Made by a program: the position numbers and the translations under genes. The notes below the pieces were generated by a model. The model saw nothing but the letters and a program-made list of their open reading frames with translations, searched no databases and was not told the DNA's origin. From Antedon mediterranea (Eukaryota; Animalia; Echinodermata), in assembly GCF_964355755.1 (NCBI RefSeq), contig NC_092679.1, positions 8,648,201 to 8,712,200 on the forward strand: a stretch of 64,000 nucleotides of DNA. Direction: 5' to 3'. Below, piece by piece: positions 22,501-35,900 of this stretch; the stretch's first letter is position 1; every line of letters starts with the position of its first letter.

Positions 22501-25500
22501 AGCTATTCTGAACACTTTGCTGTTTTGTGTGAAAAATGTTTGTCGAAATCCTCAAAATGGTCAAAAACGTTTTTAAATACGATATTAAGCTATTTTGTGC
22601 TCTTTGATGTTTTTGTGTGAAAAGTTTTATCGAAATACTCAAAATGGTCTAAAACGGTTTCTAATGTGATTTTAAGCACTTTGATGTTTTTGTGTAACCA
22701 AGTTTTTTCGAAAATCACAAAATGGTCTAAAATGTCTCCAAATGTGATTTGAAGCTACTCTAAGCACTTTGGTGTTTTTATGGAAACAATTTTTTTCGAA
22801 AATCACAAAATGGTCTAAAACGTCTCCAAATGCGATTTGAAGCTATTCTGTACACTTTGATGTTTTTATGTTAACAAGTTTTTTAGAAAATCACAAAATG
22901 GTCTAAAACGTCTCCAAATGCGATTTGAAGCTATTCTGTACACTTTGATGTTTTTATGTTAACAAGTTTTTTCGAAAATCACAAAATGGTCTAAAATGTC
23001 TCGAAATGCGATTTGAAGCTATTCTAAGCACTTTGGTGTTTTTGTGTTAACAAGTTTTTTCGAAGATCACAAAATGGTCTAAAACGTCTCCAAATGCGAT
23101 TTGAAGCTATTCTAAGCACTTTGGTGTTTTTATGTTAACAAGTTTTTTCGAAAATCACAAAATGGTCTAAAACGTCTCCAAATGCGATTTGAAGCTATTT
23201 TAAGCACTTTGGTGCTTTTGTGTAACCAAGTTTTTTCGAAAATCACGAAATGGTCTAAAACGTCTCCAAATGCGATTTGAAGCTATTCTAAGCACTTTGG
23301 TGTTTTTACGTTAACAAGTTTTTTTGAAAATCACAAAATGGTCTAAAACGTCTCCAAATGCGATTTGAAGCTATTCTAAGCACTTTGGTGTTTTTGTGTT
23401 AACAAGTTTTTTCGAAAATCACAAAAGGGTCTAAAATGTCTAAACATGCGATTTGAAGCTATTCTAAGCACTTTGGTGTTTTTATGTTAACAAGTTTTTT
23501 CGAAAATCACAAAATGGTCTAAAACGTCTCCAAATGAGATTTAAAGCTATTTTAAGCACTTTTGTTTTTTTGTGTAACCAAGTTTGTTCGAAAATCACAA
23601 AAGGGTCTAAAATGTCTGTAAATGCGATTTGAAGCTATTTAAAGCACTTTGGTGTTTTTAGGTTAACAAGTTTTTTCGAAAATCACAAAATGGTCTAAAA
23701 CGTCTACAAATGCGATTTGAAGCTATTCTAAGCACTTTTGTGTTTTTATGTTAACAAGTTTTTTCGAAAATCACAAAATGGTCTTAAACGTCTCCAAATG
23801 CGATTTGAAGCTATTCTAAGCACTTTTGTGTTTTTGTGTTAACAAGTTTTTCGAAAATCACAAAATTGTCTAAAACGTCTCCAAATGCGATTTGAAGCTA
23901 TTCTGTACACTTTGATGTTTTTATGTTAACAAGTTTTTTAGAAAATCACAAAATGGTCTAAAACATCTCCAAATGCGATTTAAAGCTATTTTAAGCACTT
24001 TTGTGTTTTTGTGTAACCAAGTTTTTTCGAAAATCACAAAAGGGTCTAAAATGTCTCTAAATGCGATTTGAAGCTAATCTTAGCACATTGGTGTTTTTAT
24101 GTTAACAAGTTTTTTCGAAAATCACAAAATGGTCTAAAACGACTCCAAATGCGATTTGAAGCTATTCTGTACACTTTGGTAATTTTATGTTAACAAGTTT
24201 TTTCGAAAATCACAAAATGGTCTAAAATGTCTCCAAATGCGATTTGAAGCTATTCTTAGCACATTGGTGTTTTTATGTTAACAAGTTTTTTCGAAAATCA
24301 CAAAATGGTCTAAAACGTCTCCAAATGCGATTTGAAGCTATTTTAAGCACTTTGGTGTTTTTGTGTTAACAAGTTTTTCGAAATGCTCAAAATGGTCTAA
24401 AACGTCTCCAAATGCGATTTGAAGCTATTCTAAGCACTTTGGTGTTTTTATGTTAACAAGTTTTTTCGAAAATCACAAAATGGTCTAAAACGTCTCCAAA
24501 TGCGATTTGAAGCTATTCTAAGCACTTTGATGTTTTTATGTTAACAAGTTTTTTCGAAAATCACAAAATGGTCTAAAACGTTTCCAAATGCGATTTGAAG
24601 CTATTCTGTACACTTTGATGTTTTGTGTGAAAATTTTCTGTCGAAATGCTCAAAATGGTCAAAAACGTTTTTAAATACGATATTAAGCTACTTTGTGCTC
24701 TTTGATGTTTTTGTGTGAAATGTTTTATCGAAATGCTCAAAATGGTCTAAAACGGTTTCTAATGTGATTTCAAGCACTTTTATGTTTTTGTGTAACCAAG
24801 TTTTTCGAAAATCACAAAATTGTCTAAAACGTCTCCAAATGCGATTTGAAGCTATTCTGTACACTTTGATGTTTTTATGTTAACAAGTTTTTCGAAAATC
24901 ACAAAATGGTCTAAAACGTCTCCAAATGCGATTTTAAGCTATTCTAAGCACTTTGGTGTTTTTAGGTTAACAAGTTTTTTCGAAAATCACAAAATGGTCT
25001 AAAACGTCTACAAATGCGATTTGAAGCTATTCTAAGCACTTTTGTGTTTTTATGTTAACGAGTTTTTTCGAAAATCACAAAATGGTCTAAAACGTCTCCA
25101 AATGCGATTTGAAGCTATTCTAAGCACTTTGGTGTTTTTATGTTAACAAGTTTTTTCGAAAATCACAAAATGGTCTAAAACGTCTACAAATGCGATTTGA
25201 AGCTATTCTAAGCACTTTTTTGATTTTGTGTTAACAAGTTTTTCGAAAATCACAAAATTGTCTAAAACTTCTCCAAATGCGATTTGAAGCTATTCTGTAC
25301 ACTTTGGTGTTTTTATGTTAACAAGTTTTTTCGAAAATCACAAAATGGTCTAAAATGTCTCCAAATGCGATTTTAAGCTAATCTTAGCACACTGGTGTTT
25401 TTATGTTAATTAGTTTTTTCGAAAATCACAAAAGGGTCTAAAATGTCTCTAAATGCGATTTGAAGCTATTCTAAGCACTTTGGTGTTTATATGTTAACAA

Positions 25501-25523
25501 GTTTTTTCGAAAATCACAAAAGG
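10501..25523 (+). repeat. Satellite DNA array (segment 3) with ~2.5-kb higher-order duplication
   Basis: Continuous 88-bp family monomers; diagnostic variants recur at an offset of 2506-2507. Confidence 0.98.
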
Positions 25524-25653
25524 TTTTAAGTGGCGCTGTGCAACACGGCGACACAGCTCGTCTCATTGTCTCTATTATTACTCATTTTTTGACGTTATTT
25601 TCGTATATTTGGACTGTATTGTATTGTGGAAGAAGTCATTTGATTTATACATT

Positions 25654-28566
25654 ATGTTGTATGTGAAAGTTTTGAAATTTCTGTATTTTTTGCTGATATT
25701 TTGGCTGTTCTTACTGTGTGGATTGAGTAAGCCGGGCGGTGGAATTGCGTACACGTCATCTGATTTGCATTCCATGGGCGAGAGGTCGACCTCACCGCTA
25801 CCGGCACACGTTGAATTACCATCTGAGATACAACGTCGCAGGCTTCGGAAAAGGGGCAAGGCTGGTGGGGTCAGAAAGCGACTACAACGAAGGAAATGTA
25901 AGCCTTTTATACCATCTTTAATATTTGGAAATGTAAGATCTTTGAATAACAAAGTCGATTTACTCAGAGCAAACGTCGAACACTTCAGCGATTTTAGGAA
26001 TGCCAGCTTACTTGCATTCACGGAAACCCACCTGAGCGATAAGCATAGCGATCAACATATTCAAGTAGTTGGCTTTAAATCTGTTCGTGGGGATCGTTCA
26101 GCCGAAGCGAACAAAGATGGCGGTGGTGGTCTTTGCCTCTACATTAATGAGAAATACTGTCATCCAAATAACTCTACGCTTAAGCTTCATAAATGTTCGC
26201 CACACTCGGAAGTGCTGGTTGTTGGTATTCGCCCCTACTATCTTCCGAGAGAGTTCTCGCATGTTATCAATGTTATGGTATACATACCTAACAAAAAGCT
26301 TGAAAAGCCTGCTATAAATGAGATCGCAGAAATTATCGAAGGTATTGAGTGTAGTCACCCTGAGGCGCTTGTAATTATCAATGGCGATTTCAACAGATGC
26401 AAGCTCAAGAAAACAACGGCCACTTATTATCAGCATGTTACATGTAAAACGAGGGACAACGCGATTCTTGATTTATGCTACTCTAGTGTGAAGGATGCCT
26501 ATATTTCGACCCCACTACCGAACTTGGGCAAATCTGATCATAATTTGATTTTACTCAGTCCTAAATATCGCCCGTTAAATAAGACATGCCAACCAAAAAT
26601 TATTAATGTACGTAAATGGTCTCCTGAAGCCGAGGAAGCCCTGATAGCGGAATTTGAATCTACCGATTGGGATATTTTTACGGAGGATGAAGATTTGAAT
26701 AGTATTACTTATGCAGTGAGCTCGTACATAAACTTTTGTATTGATAAATGCGTTCCAGTTAAAAAAGTGAAAATCTACCCTAACAACAAGCCATGGATCA
26801 CGAAAGGCATTAAATTACTGTTGTGTGAGAAACGTAAAGCCTTTAAGATGGGCGACTCTAATCGTATGAAAATATTGACTAGAGAGATTAAATCTGAAAT
26901 AATGAAACAGAAGAACATTTATAGGAAAAAAGTTGAACATAACTTCAGGTCTAATAATATGAAACAAGTTTGGCAGGGTATGAAACTTATGAGTGGTTAC
27001 ACAAACGGTGGTAATACACCCACCTCGATTCCGAATGTTACTGTGCAATATGTTAATGAGTTAAATGAATTTTATAACCGTGTTAATGTTCATGATTTTT
27101 AAAACGAAAGAGAGGCTCTATTTAGCTTGTGTCGGGTGACTGAAGATGATCCCAAATTTAGTATAAGCATTTCTGATGTACATAACGAATTCATGAAACT
27201 CAATTCATCGAAAGCTGCTGGGCCGGATAGAATCCCACCACGAGTACTTAAGGTCTGCTCTCCTCACCTTGATGGTATATTTACATTTATTTTCAATATG
27301 TGTCTTTCTTATCATGCGTTCCCAGATATTTGGAAACTTTCATGCATAATACCGGTACCTAAGAAACCTAAGATTAACAGCATGAATGATTTGAGACCCG
27401 TTGCACTCACGTCTGTCGCGATGAAAATATTGGAACGTATTATTTAAAAAATTATGCAACCTTATGCTGAAAAAGTGTTAGACCCGTTGCAATTTGCTTA
27501 CCGATCACTCCGTAGTACCAGTGATGCGATTTATTTTAAATTACATAAATTGTATTCACATCTAGATAATGTAAAGAAAGGCCACTCGGCACGTATTATG
27601 TATTTTGATTTTCAATCTGCGTTTAATACCATACAACCCCATATCTTAGCAGACAAAATGTTGAATATGGAGTTTCCCCGTCCGATTGTTCGTTTAGTTT
27701 TAAATTTCATTTGTGATAGAAAACAATTTGTTAATATTAATGGTGTTAAGTCAGAAATCGTAACCTCTGACACCGGTGTTCCTCAGGGTACTGTCAACGC
27801 ACCTAAATTATATTCCTTGTATACGGCGGATTACAGATCTTTAAATGATGAGCTTTGCCCCGTCGTTAAATTCGCTGATGACACTAGTACTATTGGTCTC
27901 ATAGTTTCAAACAATGATGAAAATTATCGTAGCGAAATACAAAGATTTGTTAAATTTTGTGACGATAATTATCTCCAAATAAATGCATCAAAAACAAAGG
28001 AGATGATCATTGATTTTAGGACTAAACATAAATTTAATTTTCAACCAATCACTATCAAAGGTAAAGAAATTGAAATTGTTGACCAGTACAAGTATCTAGG
28101 AATTGTTTTCAATGATAAACTGAGTTGGGGAGACCATATAGACTTCATCAGCAAAAAATTAAGTCCCAGAATGTATTGTATGAGAACTTTATATAAATTT
28201 AACTCCTGTGATTTGATGTTACTTTCGTTCTATAGATCCGTTATATGTAGTGTTTGGACGTATTGCCTCTCCTGTTGGGCTGGTAATGTTACCGGAGGGA
28301 ATAAAGGACGCCTTGAAACTTTCATCCGTCGGGCTGGTAAAATGATTGGTCTGGAACTGCCTTCCTTTACCGATGTGCACCTAGAACACCTCCAGAAAGA
28401 TTTCGAACGCATTGAGTCGGATGCCTCTCATCCTCTCCACAAAGTGATCATAGACCAACTTAATCCAAGTGGTAGATTGAGGCTCCTCAGTGTGAAAACA
28501 AATCGATTTGCTAAATCCTTTATTCCCTCCGGTATCATCCAGTACAACAGGAAGTCAAGAAGATAA
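25654..28566 (+). pseudogene. APE endonuclease-reverse transcriptase polyprotein (Rex-Babar), two in-frame TAA stops
   Basis: ORF-track pieces starting at 25609, 27127 and 27454 share one frame, separated by TAA at 27100-27102 and 27445-27447. APE motifs GNVRSL, FTETHL, GDFN and SDH; RT motifs DFQSAFNTI, GVPQG, KFADD and YKYLG. Confidence 0.92.
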
Positions 28567-28686
28567 TTTTATATTGTATTTTTTTAGATGTTTTTATATG
28601 AATGGTTTTATGCTATATTTGTTTTTATAGTGTTTTCTTTGTTATTATGACGAGCAATGAATTTCCTTTTTGAGGATCAATAAAAG

Positions 28687-28713
28687 TTATCTTATCTTAT
28701 CTTATCTTATCTT
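28687..28713 (+). repeat. (CTTAT)n microsatellite 3' tail of the Rex-Babar LINE
   Basis: TTAT(CTTAT)4CTT, 2 bp after the AATAAA at 28679-28684. Confidence 0.9.
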
Positions 28714-29698
28714 AAGGGTCTAAAATGTCTCCAAATGTGATTTGAAGCTATTTTAAGCACTTTGGTGTTTTTGTGTTAACAAGTTTTTCGAAAATCACAA
28801 AATTGTCTAAAACGTCTCCAAATGCGATTTGAAGCTATTCTGTACACTTTGATGTTTTTATGTTAACAAGTTTTTTAGAAAATCACAAAATGGTCTAAAA
28901 TGTCTCCAAATGCGATTTGAAGCTATTCTAAGCACTTTGGTGTTTTTATGTTAACACGTTTTTTCGAAAATCACAAAATGGTCTAAAACGTCTCCAAATG
29001 CGATTTGAAGCTATTTTAAGCACTTTGGTGTTTTTGTGTTAACAAGTTTTTCGAATTGCTCAAAATGGTCTAAAACGTCTCCAAATGCGATTTGAAGCTA
29101 TTCTAAGCACTTTGGTGTTTTTATGTTAACAAGTTTTTTCGAAAATCACAAAATGGTCTAAAACGTCTCCAAATGCGATTTGAAGCTATTCTGTACACTT
29201 TGATGTTTTTATGTTAACAAGTTTTTTCGAAAATCACAAAATGGTCTAAAACGTTTCCAAATGCGATTTGAAGCTATTCTTTACACTTTGATGTTTTGTG
29301 TGAAAATTTTCTGTCGAAATGCTCAAAATGGTCAAAAACGTTTTCTAATGTGATTTCAAGCACTTTGATGTTTTTGTGTAACCAAGTTTTTCGAAAATCA
29401 CAAAATTGTCTAAAACGTCTCCAAATGCGATTTGAAGCTATTCTGTACACTTTGATGTTTTTATGTTAACAAGTTTTTCGAAAATCACAAAATGGTCTAA
29501 AACGTCTCCAAATACGATTTTAAGCTATTCTAAGCACTTTGGTGTTTTTATGTTAACAAGTTTTTTTGAAAATCACAAAATGGTCTAAAACGTCTCTAAA
29601 TGCGATTTGAAGCTTTTCTGTACACTTTGATGTTTTTATGTTAACAAGTTTTTTCGAAAATCACAAAATGGTCTAAAATGTCTCCAAATGCGATTTGA
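28714..29698 (+). repeat. Satellite DNA array (segment 4) between the two LINEs
   Basis: About 11 monomers of the 88-bp family. Confidence 0.97.
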
Positions 29699-32600
29699 TA
29701 ATAATAAATGAAAACTTATATAGCGCCGGTATCCTCCACCCATGTGGCGCTCATGGCGCTTTGTGCATTAACAACGTGCGAGAACATCAGCGAATAGCGA
29801 CGTCTTTAGGTTGGTCTTGAAACTGTTTAGACTAGTTGAGCATTTAACTGTTGCTGGTAAGCTGTTCCATACACTTGCGGCCGCAACGTAAAAAGATCTC
29901 TGACCCCACTGATTTTTCGCTCTACGCTCTTGAAGAAGGTTTTGTGACAATGATCGTAGGCCTCTGCGGGATGATTCGTAACGATCCACAAGGTCAGATA
30001 AATAAGCAGGAGCACTGTCATTTAGGATCTTGAATACAAACAACGCAAGTTTGTACTTAATACGTTGTTGAACAGGCAACCAATGCAAATCCATCAGGAC
30101 AGGAGTTATGTGAGCGTTTGATTTTGTATAAGTTACAATTCTAGCTGCCATATTTTGCAAGCGCTGCAAACGTTGTATTTGAGATTTTGGTATGCCAAAC
30201 AACAAGGCATTACCAATGTCAATTTTAGAAGTGACAAATGAGTGTACAATCAATTCAGCTGTTTTCTTGTTAAGATTACCGCGAATACGACCAAGGTTCC
30301 TAATCGATATGCATGCTGCTTTGGATACAGTTGTTATTTGTGCTTCCATAGTGAGATTACTATCCAGCATGATTCCCAGATTCCGGACCACCGATGAGGG
30401 AGCGATGTTAGAGTTTCCGATTCTGATATGTGTGATGTTGATTTTGGAGATGTTACATTTAGACCCGACGATAATAAACTCTGTCTTTCCATCATTCAAC
30501 TTTAGGTAATTTGTTGTCATCCAATTGCGAACATCTTCTATACAGGCTTCCATCTTACTGATTGCTGCAGCAACATCCCTTTTGCACTGGATTTACTGAC
30601 ACATAAATCTGTGTATCATCTGCATAGAAATGGAAATGTAGACTGTGTTTGCGAATAATGTCACCAAGGGGAAGCGTATAAATGGAAAACTGGCCAGGCC
30701 CAATTACTCACCCCTGTGGTACACCATATTCCAGGCAAGCTTCATCTGAGAATGCATCATTGATACAGACTAGCTGACGTCTTCCTGTAAGATATGACTG
30801 GAACCAGTTAAGAGCAACACCATTTATGCCAATGCGATTTCTCAGACGGGTTATCAGTCTTTGGTGATCAACTGTATCAAACGCTGCTGACAAATCCAAC
30901 AACACCAATAGCGTTATTTTCCCATCATTCATTCCTTGTAACAAATCATTCTGTACCTTTAAAAGGGAACTCTCCGTGCTATGACATGCACGATATGCCG
31001 ACTGGTAATTCTCATTTAAATTATGCTTTTGAAGATATAGAGTAATGCGTGATGTCACTACACGCTCCAGAGTCTTTCCAAGAAAAGAAAGATTCGACAC
31101 CGGGTGGTAATTTTTCAGCGTGTTATGATCCAAGTTTTGCTTTTTTATTAAAGGACGAACGTGAGCAATTTTCAGTTCATCTGGCACTATGCCGGTATTA
31201 ATAGAATGGTTAATGATTTCCGTTATTATTGGAACGACTGCGTCTATACACTTCTTCAGTATAGAAGTAGGAACTGGATCTAACCTGCATGATTTTGTTG
31301 GTGATTTCATCAGAATGTTGCGGATCTCATCTTGAGATGCTGGTGTAAATGTTGTGAGATGCTGATTAACAGCTGTCACAGGCTCATTAAATAACATGTC
31401 ATCAATCTTGAAGTCGTCTCTGATGATCTTGATCTTGTCTGTGAAAAACTGACAGAACCTGTTCGCAAGATCTAAGTCAGAAAGACTATCTGGGAGAGGT
31501 GATACCTGGCGATGATGAAGGAGTTGGTTAACAATTTTGAAAAGTCCTTTCTGATCTGCTGCATGTTCTTCACACAAGCCAATGTAGTAGTTGGCCTTTG
31601 CCTTTCTTACCATGGAATTTACATTCCTCTTCTGTGCAATGTAAGCTTGACGATCTATTTCCAGATGAGAGATTCTCCATTTCTTTTCAAGCTTACGCTT
31701 TGTTCTTTTCTCAGCATAGATGTCACTGTTATACCAACTAGTGTTTGGTCGGACCTTTACTGTTCTCTTTTTCGGTGGTGCGTGTTTGTCAAGAAGTTCA
31801 CTCAAAGTGGTGACATATAGTCGTACTTTACTTGATAAATCAAGATTTGAGAGCGAAGTTCCGAGATCAGACTGTGTGATATCTTTACATAATGTCTCAA
31901 AATTTATAGCATTCCAATGACGAGTTTCGATGGATTTAGTGATTACGGGTGGCTTCTTGATAAGGAGATTACATGTGATTGCACAGTGATCTGATATACC
32001 ATCAATGACATTAAGGTTTGAGAAAACAGGAGGATCAGATGAACGAGTGATCAGCAAGTCTAATGTATGACCATGTCGGTGTGTAGGTGTAGACACATGC
32101 TGTTGAAGACTGCTTGCTACAAGTAGATTCCGAAAATGAATTGCATCTGCATCATTTGGCATATCCACATGGATGTTAAAGTCTCCAACGAATAGTATGG
32201 GAGCCGGCTTCAATGCATAGTGATCAACCAAAGTTGAGAATTCTTCAGTGAAAACATTTAGACTGCAACCCGTTGATTTGCTTTGAGGACGATATACTGC
32301 TACGAGGAAAACTGAGGATGCATTGCTGACTATTTCCACATTTAGCAGTTCAAATGATTTTGGTAATAATCCCGTGTCATAACATTTAACCGCTATGCTT
32401 TCCTTGTAAAGAAGTGCAACTCCACCACCTCTTTTAGTACCAGCACGGGGAGCATGTTTGAGAGAGTATCCGTTGGGTGTAATATTTCCTATAACTGATG
32501 TGTCTTCTGGTTTAAGCCACGTTTCCGAAAGGGCAACAACATCCAGATTATGTTCGATAACGAAATCTACAAATTCTGTTGTTTTGTTCCGAACGGATCT

Positions 32601-32923
32601 TGTATTAATAATGCAAAATTTAATATTGTTTTTAGATAAGAGAGAGTTTGATGATAAGTCCAGAAATGATAGATTGTTTTTAGTGTGTTTCTCATGCCCA
32701 GCTCTTGTACCACGCCTGGTTTTTCTTTTGGCCTCCTTGGTAATAGGTGGATACTACAGCTACTGGAGTTCAACTTAAAAGATTGTATAATTAAGCAAGA
32801 TTCTTCAAGAAGTTCACAACTGTTATTGTTGTTGGTTACACAGCCCTGTAAACCATGAAGAAACTCAGAGCTATAGCTAATTAGCATGACAACAGCAGAT
32901 CTTCAAGCATGTTATGTTAACAA
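29699..32923 (-). mobile_element. L2-clade (CR1/L2 group) non-LTR retrotransposon, ORF2 only
   Basis: 7-bp TSD GATTTGA (29692-29698, 32924-32930). The minus-strand 3' end reads AAAGCGCC...GGCGCTATATAAG...(TTA)n, typical of L2. APE+RT coding; no ORF1 seen. Confidence 0.9.
29768..32887 (-). pseudogene. L2 ORF2 endonuclease-reverse transcriptase, disrupted
   Basis: Motifs [67 protein letters not shown] and LHWLPV. Lesions: probable 1-bp deletion at ~32726-32729, TGA at 30708-30710 and a frameshift at ~30577-30583. Confidence 0.9.
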
Positions 32924-35900
32924 GATTTGAAGCTATTCTAAGCACTTTGGTGTTTTTATGGAAACAATTTTTTTCGAAAATCACAAAATGGTCTAAAACG
33001 TCTCCAAATGCGATTTGAAGCTATTCTGTACACTTTGATGTTTTTATGTTAACAAGTTTTTTCGAAAATCACAAAATGGTCTAAAACGTCTACAAATGCG
33101 ATTTGAAGCTATTCTGTACACTTTGATGTTTTTATGTTAACAAGTTTTTTCAAAAATCACAAAATGGTCTAAAACGTTTCCAAATGCGATATTAAGCTAC
33201 TTTGTGCTCTTTGATGTTTTTGTGTGAAAAGTTTTATCGAAATGCTCAAAATGGTCTAAAATGTCTCCAAATGCGATTTGAAGCTAATCTTAGCACATTG
33301 GTGTTTTTATGTTAACAAGTTTTTTCGAAAATCACAAAATGGTCTAAAACGACACCAAATGCGATTTGAAGCTATTCTGTACACTTTGGTGTTTTTATGT
33401 TAACAAGTTTTTTCGAAAATCACAAAATGGTCTAAAACGTCTCCAAATGCGATTTGAAGCTATTCTGTACACTTTTGTGTTTTTATGTTAACAAGTTTTT
33501 TCGAAAATCACAAAATGGTCTAAAACGTCTACAAATGCGATTTGAAGCTATTCTGTACACTTTGCTGTTTTGTGTGAAAAATGTTTGTCGAAATCCTCAA
33601 AATGGTCAAAAACGTTTTTAAATACGATATTAAGCTATTTTGTGCTCTTTGATGTTTTTGTGTGAAAAGTTTTATCGAAATGCTCAAAATGGTCTAAAAC
33701 GGTTTCTAATGTGATTTTAAGCACCTTGATGTTTTTGTGGAACCAAGTTTTTTCGAAAATCACAAAATGGTCTAAAACGTCTCCAAATGTGATTTGAAGC
33801 TATTCTAAGCACTTTGGTGTTTTTATGTTAACAGTTTTTTCGAAAATCACAAAATGGTCTAAAACGTCTCCAAATGCGATTTGAAGCTATTCTGTACACT
33901 TTGATGTTTTTATGGTAACAAGTTTTTTAGAAAATCACAAAATGGTCTAAAACATCTCCAAATGCGATTTAAAGCTATTTTAAGCACTTTTGTGTTTTTG
34001 TGTAACCAAGTTTTTTCGAAAATCACAAAAGGGTCTAAAATGTCTCTAAATGCGATTTGAAGCTACTCTAAGCACTTTGGTGTTTTTATGTTAACAAGTT
34101 TTTTCGAAAATCACAAAATGGTCTAAAATGACTCCAAATGCGATTTGAAGCTATTCTGTACACTTTGCTGTTTTGTGTGAAAAATGTTTGTCGAAATCCT
34201 CAAAATGGTCAAAAACGTTTTTAAATACGATATTAAGCTATTTTGTGCTCTTTGATGTTTTTGTGTGAAAAGTTTTATCGAAATACTCAAAATGGTCTAA
34301 AACGGTTTCTAATGTGATTTTAAGCACTTTGATGTTTTTATGGAAACAATTTTTTTCGAAAATCACAAAATGGTCTAAAACGTCTCCAATAGCGATTTGA
34401 AGCTTTTCTGTACACTTTGGTGTTTTTATGTTAACAAGTTTTTTTCGAAAATCACAAAAATGGTCTAAAACGTCTCCAAATGCGATTTGAAGCTATTCTG
34501 TACAATTTGATGTTTTTATGTTAACAAGTTTTTTAGAAAATCACAAAATGGTCTAAAATGTCTCGAAATGCGATTTGAAGCTATTCTAAGCACTTTGGTG
34601 TTTTTATGTTAACAAGTTTTTTCGAAAATCACAAAATGGTCTAAAACGTCTCCAAATGCGATTTGAAGCTATTCTAAGCACTTTGGTGTTTTTATGTTAA
34701 CAAGTTTTTTTCGAAAATCACAAAATGGTCTAAAACGTCTCCAAATGCGATTTGAAGCTATTTTAAGCACTTTGGTGCTTTTGTGTAACCAAGTTTTTTC
34801 GAAAATCACGAAATGGTCTAAAACGTCTCCAAATGCGATTTGAAGCTATTCTAAGCACTTTGGTGTTTTTACGTTAACAAGTTTTTTCGAAAATCACAAA
34901 ATGGTCTAAAACGTCTCCAAATGCGATTTGAAGCTATTCTAAGCACTTTGGTGTTTTTATGTTAACAAGTTTTTTTGAAAATCACAAAATGGTCTAAAAC
35001 GTCTCCAAATGCGATTTGAAGCTATTTAAAGCACTTTGGTGTTTTTGTGTTAACAAGTTTTTTCGAAAATCACAAAAGGGTCTAAAATGTCTAAACATGC
35101 GATTTGAAGCTATTCTAAGCACTTTGGTGTTTTTATGTTAACAAGTTTTTTCGAAAATCACAAAATGGTCTAAAACGTCTCCAAATGCGATTTAAAGCTA
35201 TTTTAAGCACTTTTGTGTTTTTGTGTAACCAAGTTTTTTCGAAAATCACAAAAGGGTCTAAAATGTCTGTAAATGCGATTTGAAGCTATTTAAAGCACTT
35301 TGGTGTTTTTAGGTTAACAAGTTTTTTCGAAAATCACAAAATGGTCTAAAACGTCTAAAAATGCGATTTGAAGCTATTCTAAGCACTTTTGTGTTTTTAT
35401 GTAACCAAGTTTTTTCGAAAATCACAAAAGGGTCTAAAATGTCTCTAAATGCGATTTGAAGCTACTCTAAGCACTTTGGTGTTTTTATGTTAACAAGTTT
35501 TTTCGAAAATCACAAAATGGTCTAAAATGACTCCAAATGCGATTTGAAGCTATTCTGTACACTTTGCTGTTTTGTGTGAAAAATGTTTGTCGAAATCCTC
35601 AAAATGGTCAAAAACGTTTTTAAATACGATATTAAGCTATTTTGTGCTCTTTGATGTTTTTGTGTGAAAAGTTTTATCGAAATACTCAAAATGGTCTAAA
35701 ACGGTTTCTAATGTGATTTTAAGCACTTTGATGTTTTTATGGAAACAATTTTTTTCGAAAATCACAAAATGGTCTAAAACGTCTCCAATAGCGATTTGAA
35801 GCTTTTCTGTACACTTTGGTGTTTTTATGTTAACAAGTTTTTTTCGAAAATCACAAAAATGGTCTAAAACGTCTCCAAATGCGATTTGAAGCTATTCTGT

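Larger units (their letters stand above)
25524..28713 (+). mobile_element. Rex-Babar clade non-LTR retrotransposon (LINE), apparently full length, ~3.2 kb
   Basis: Single APE+RT frame; 3' AATAAA (28679-28684) followed by a (CTTAT)n tail; short AAGG-like duplication at the junctions in satellite CACAAAAGGGTCT. C-terminal HPLH...PSGRLR...KTNRFAKSFIP is typical of Rex1/Babar. Confidence 0.88.

Noticed and set aside
25578-32778. Small antisense or overlapping ORFs within the two LINEs
   Set aside because: Shadows of the main APE-RT frames with no independent support.
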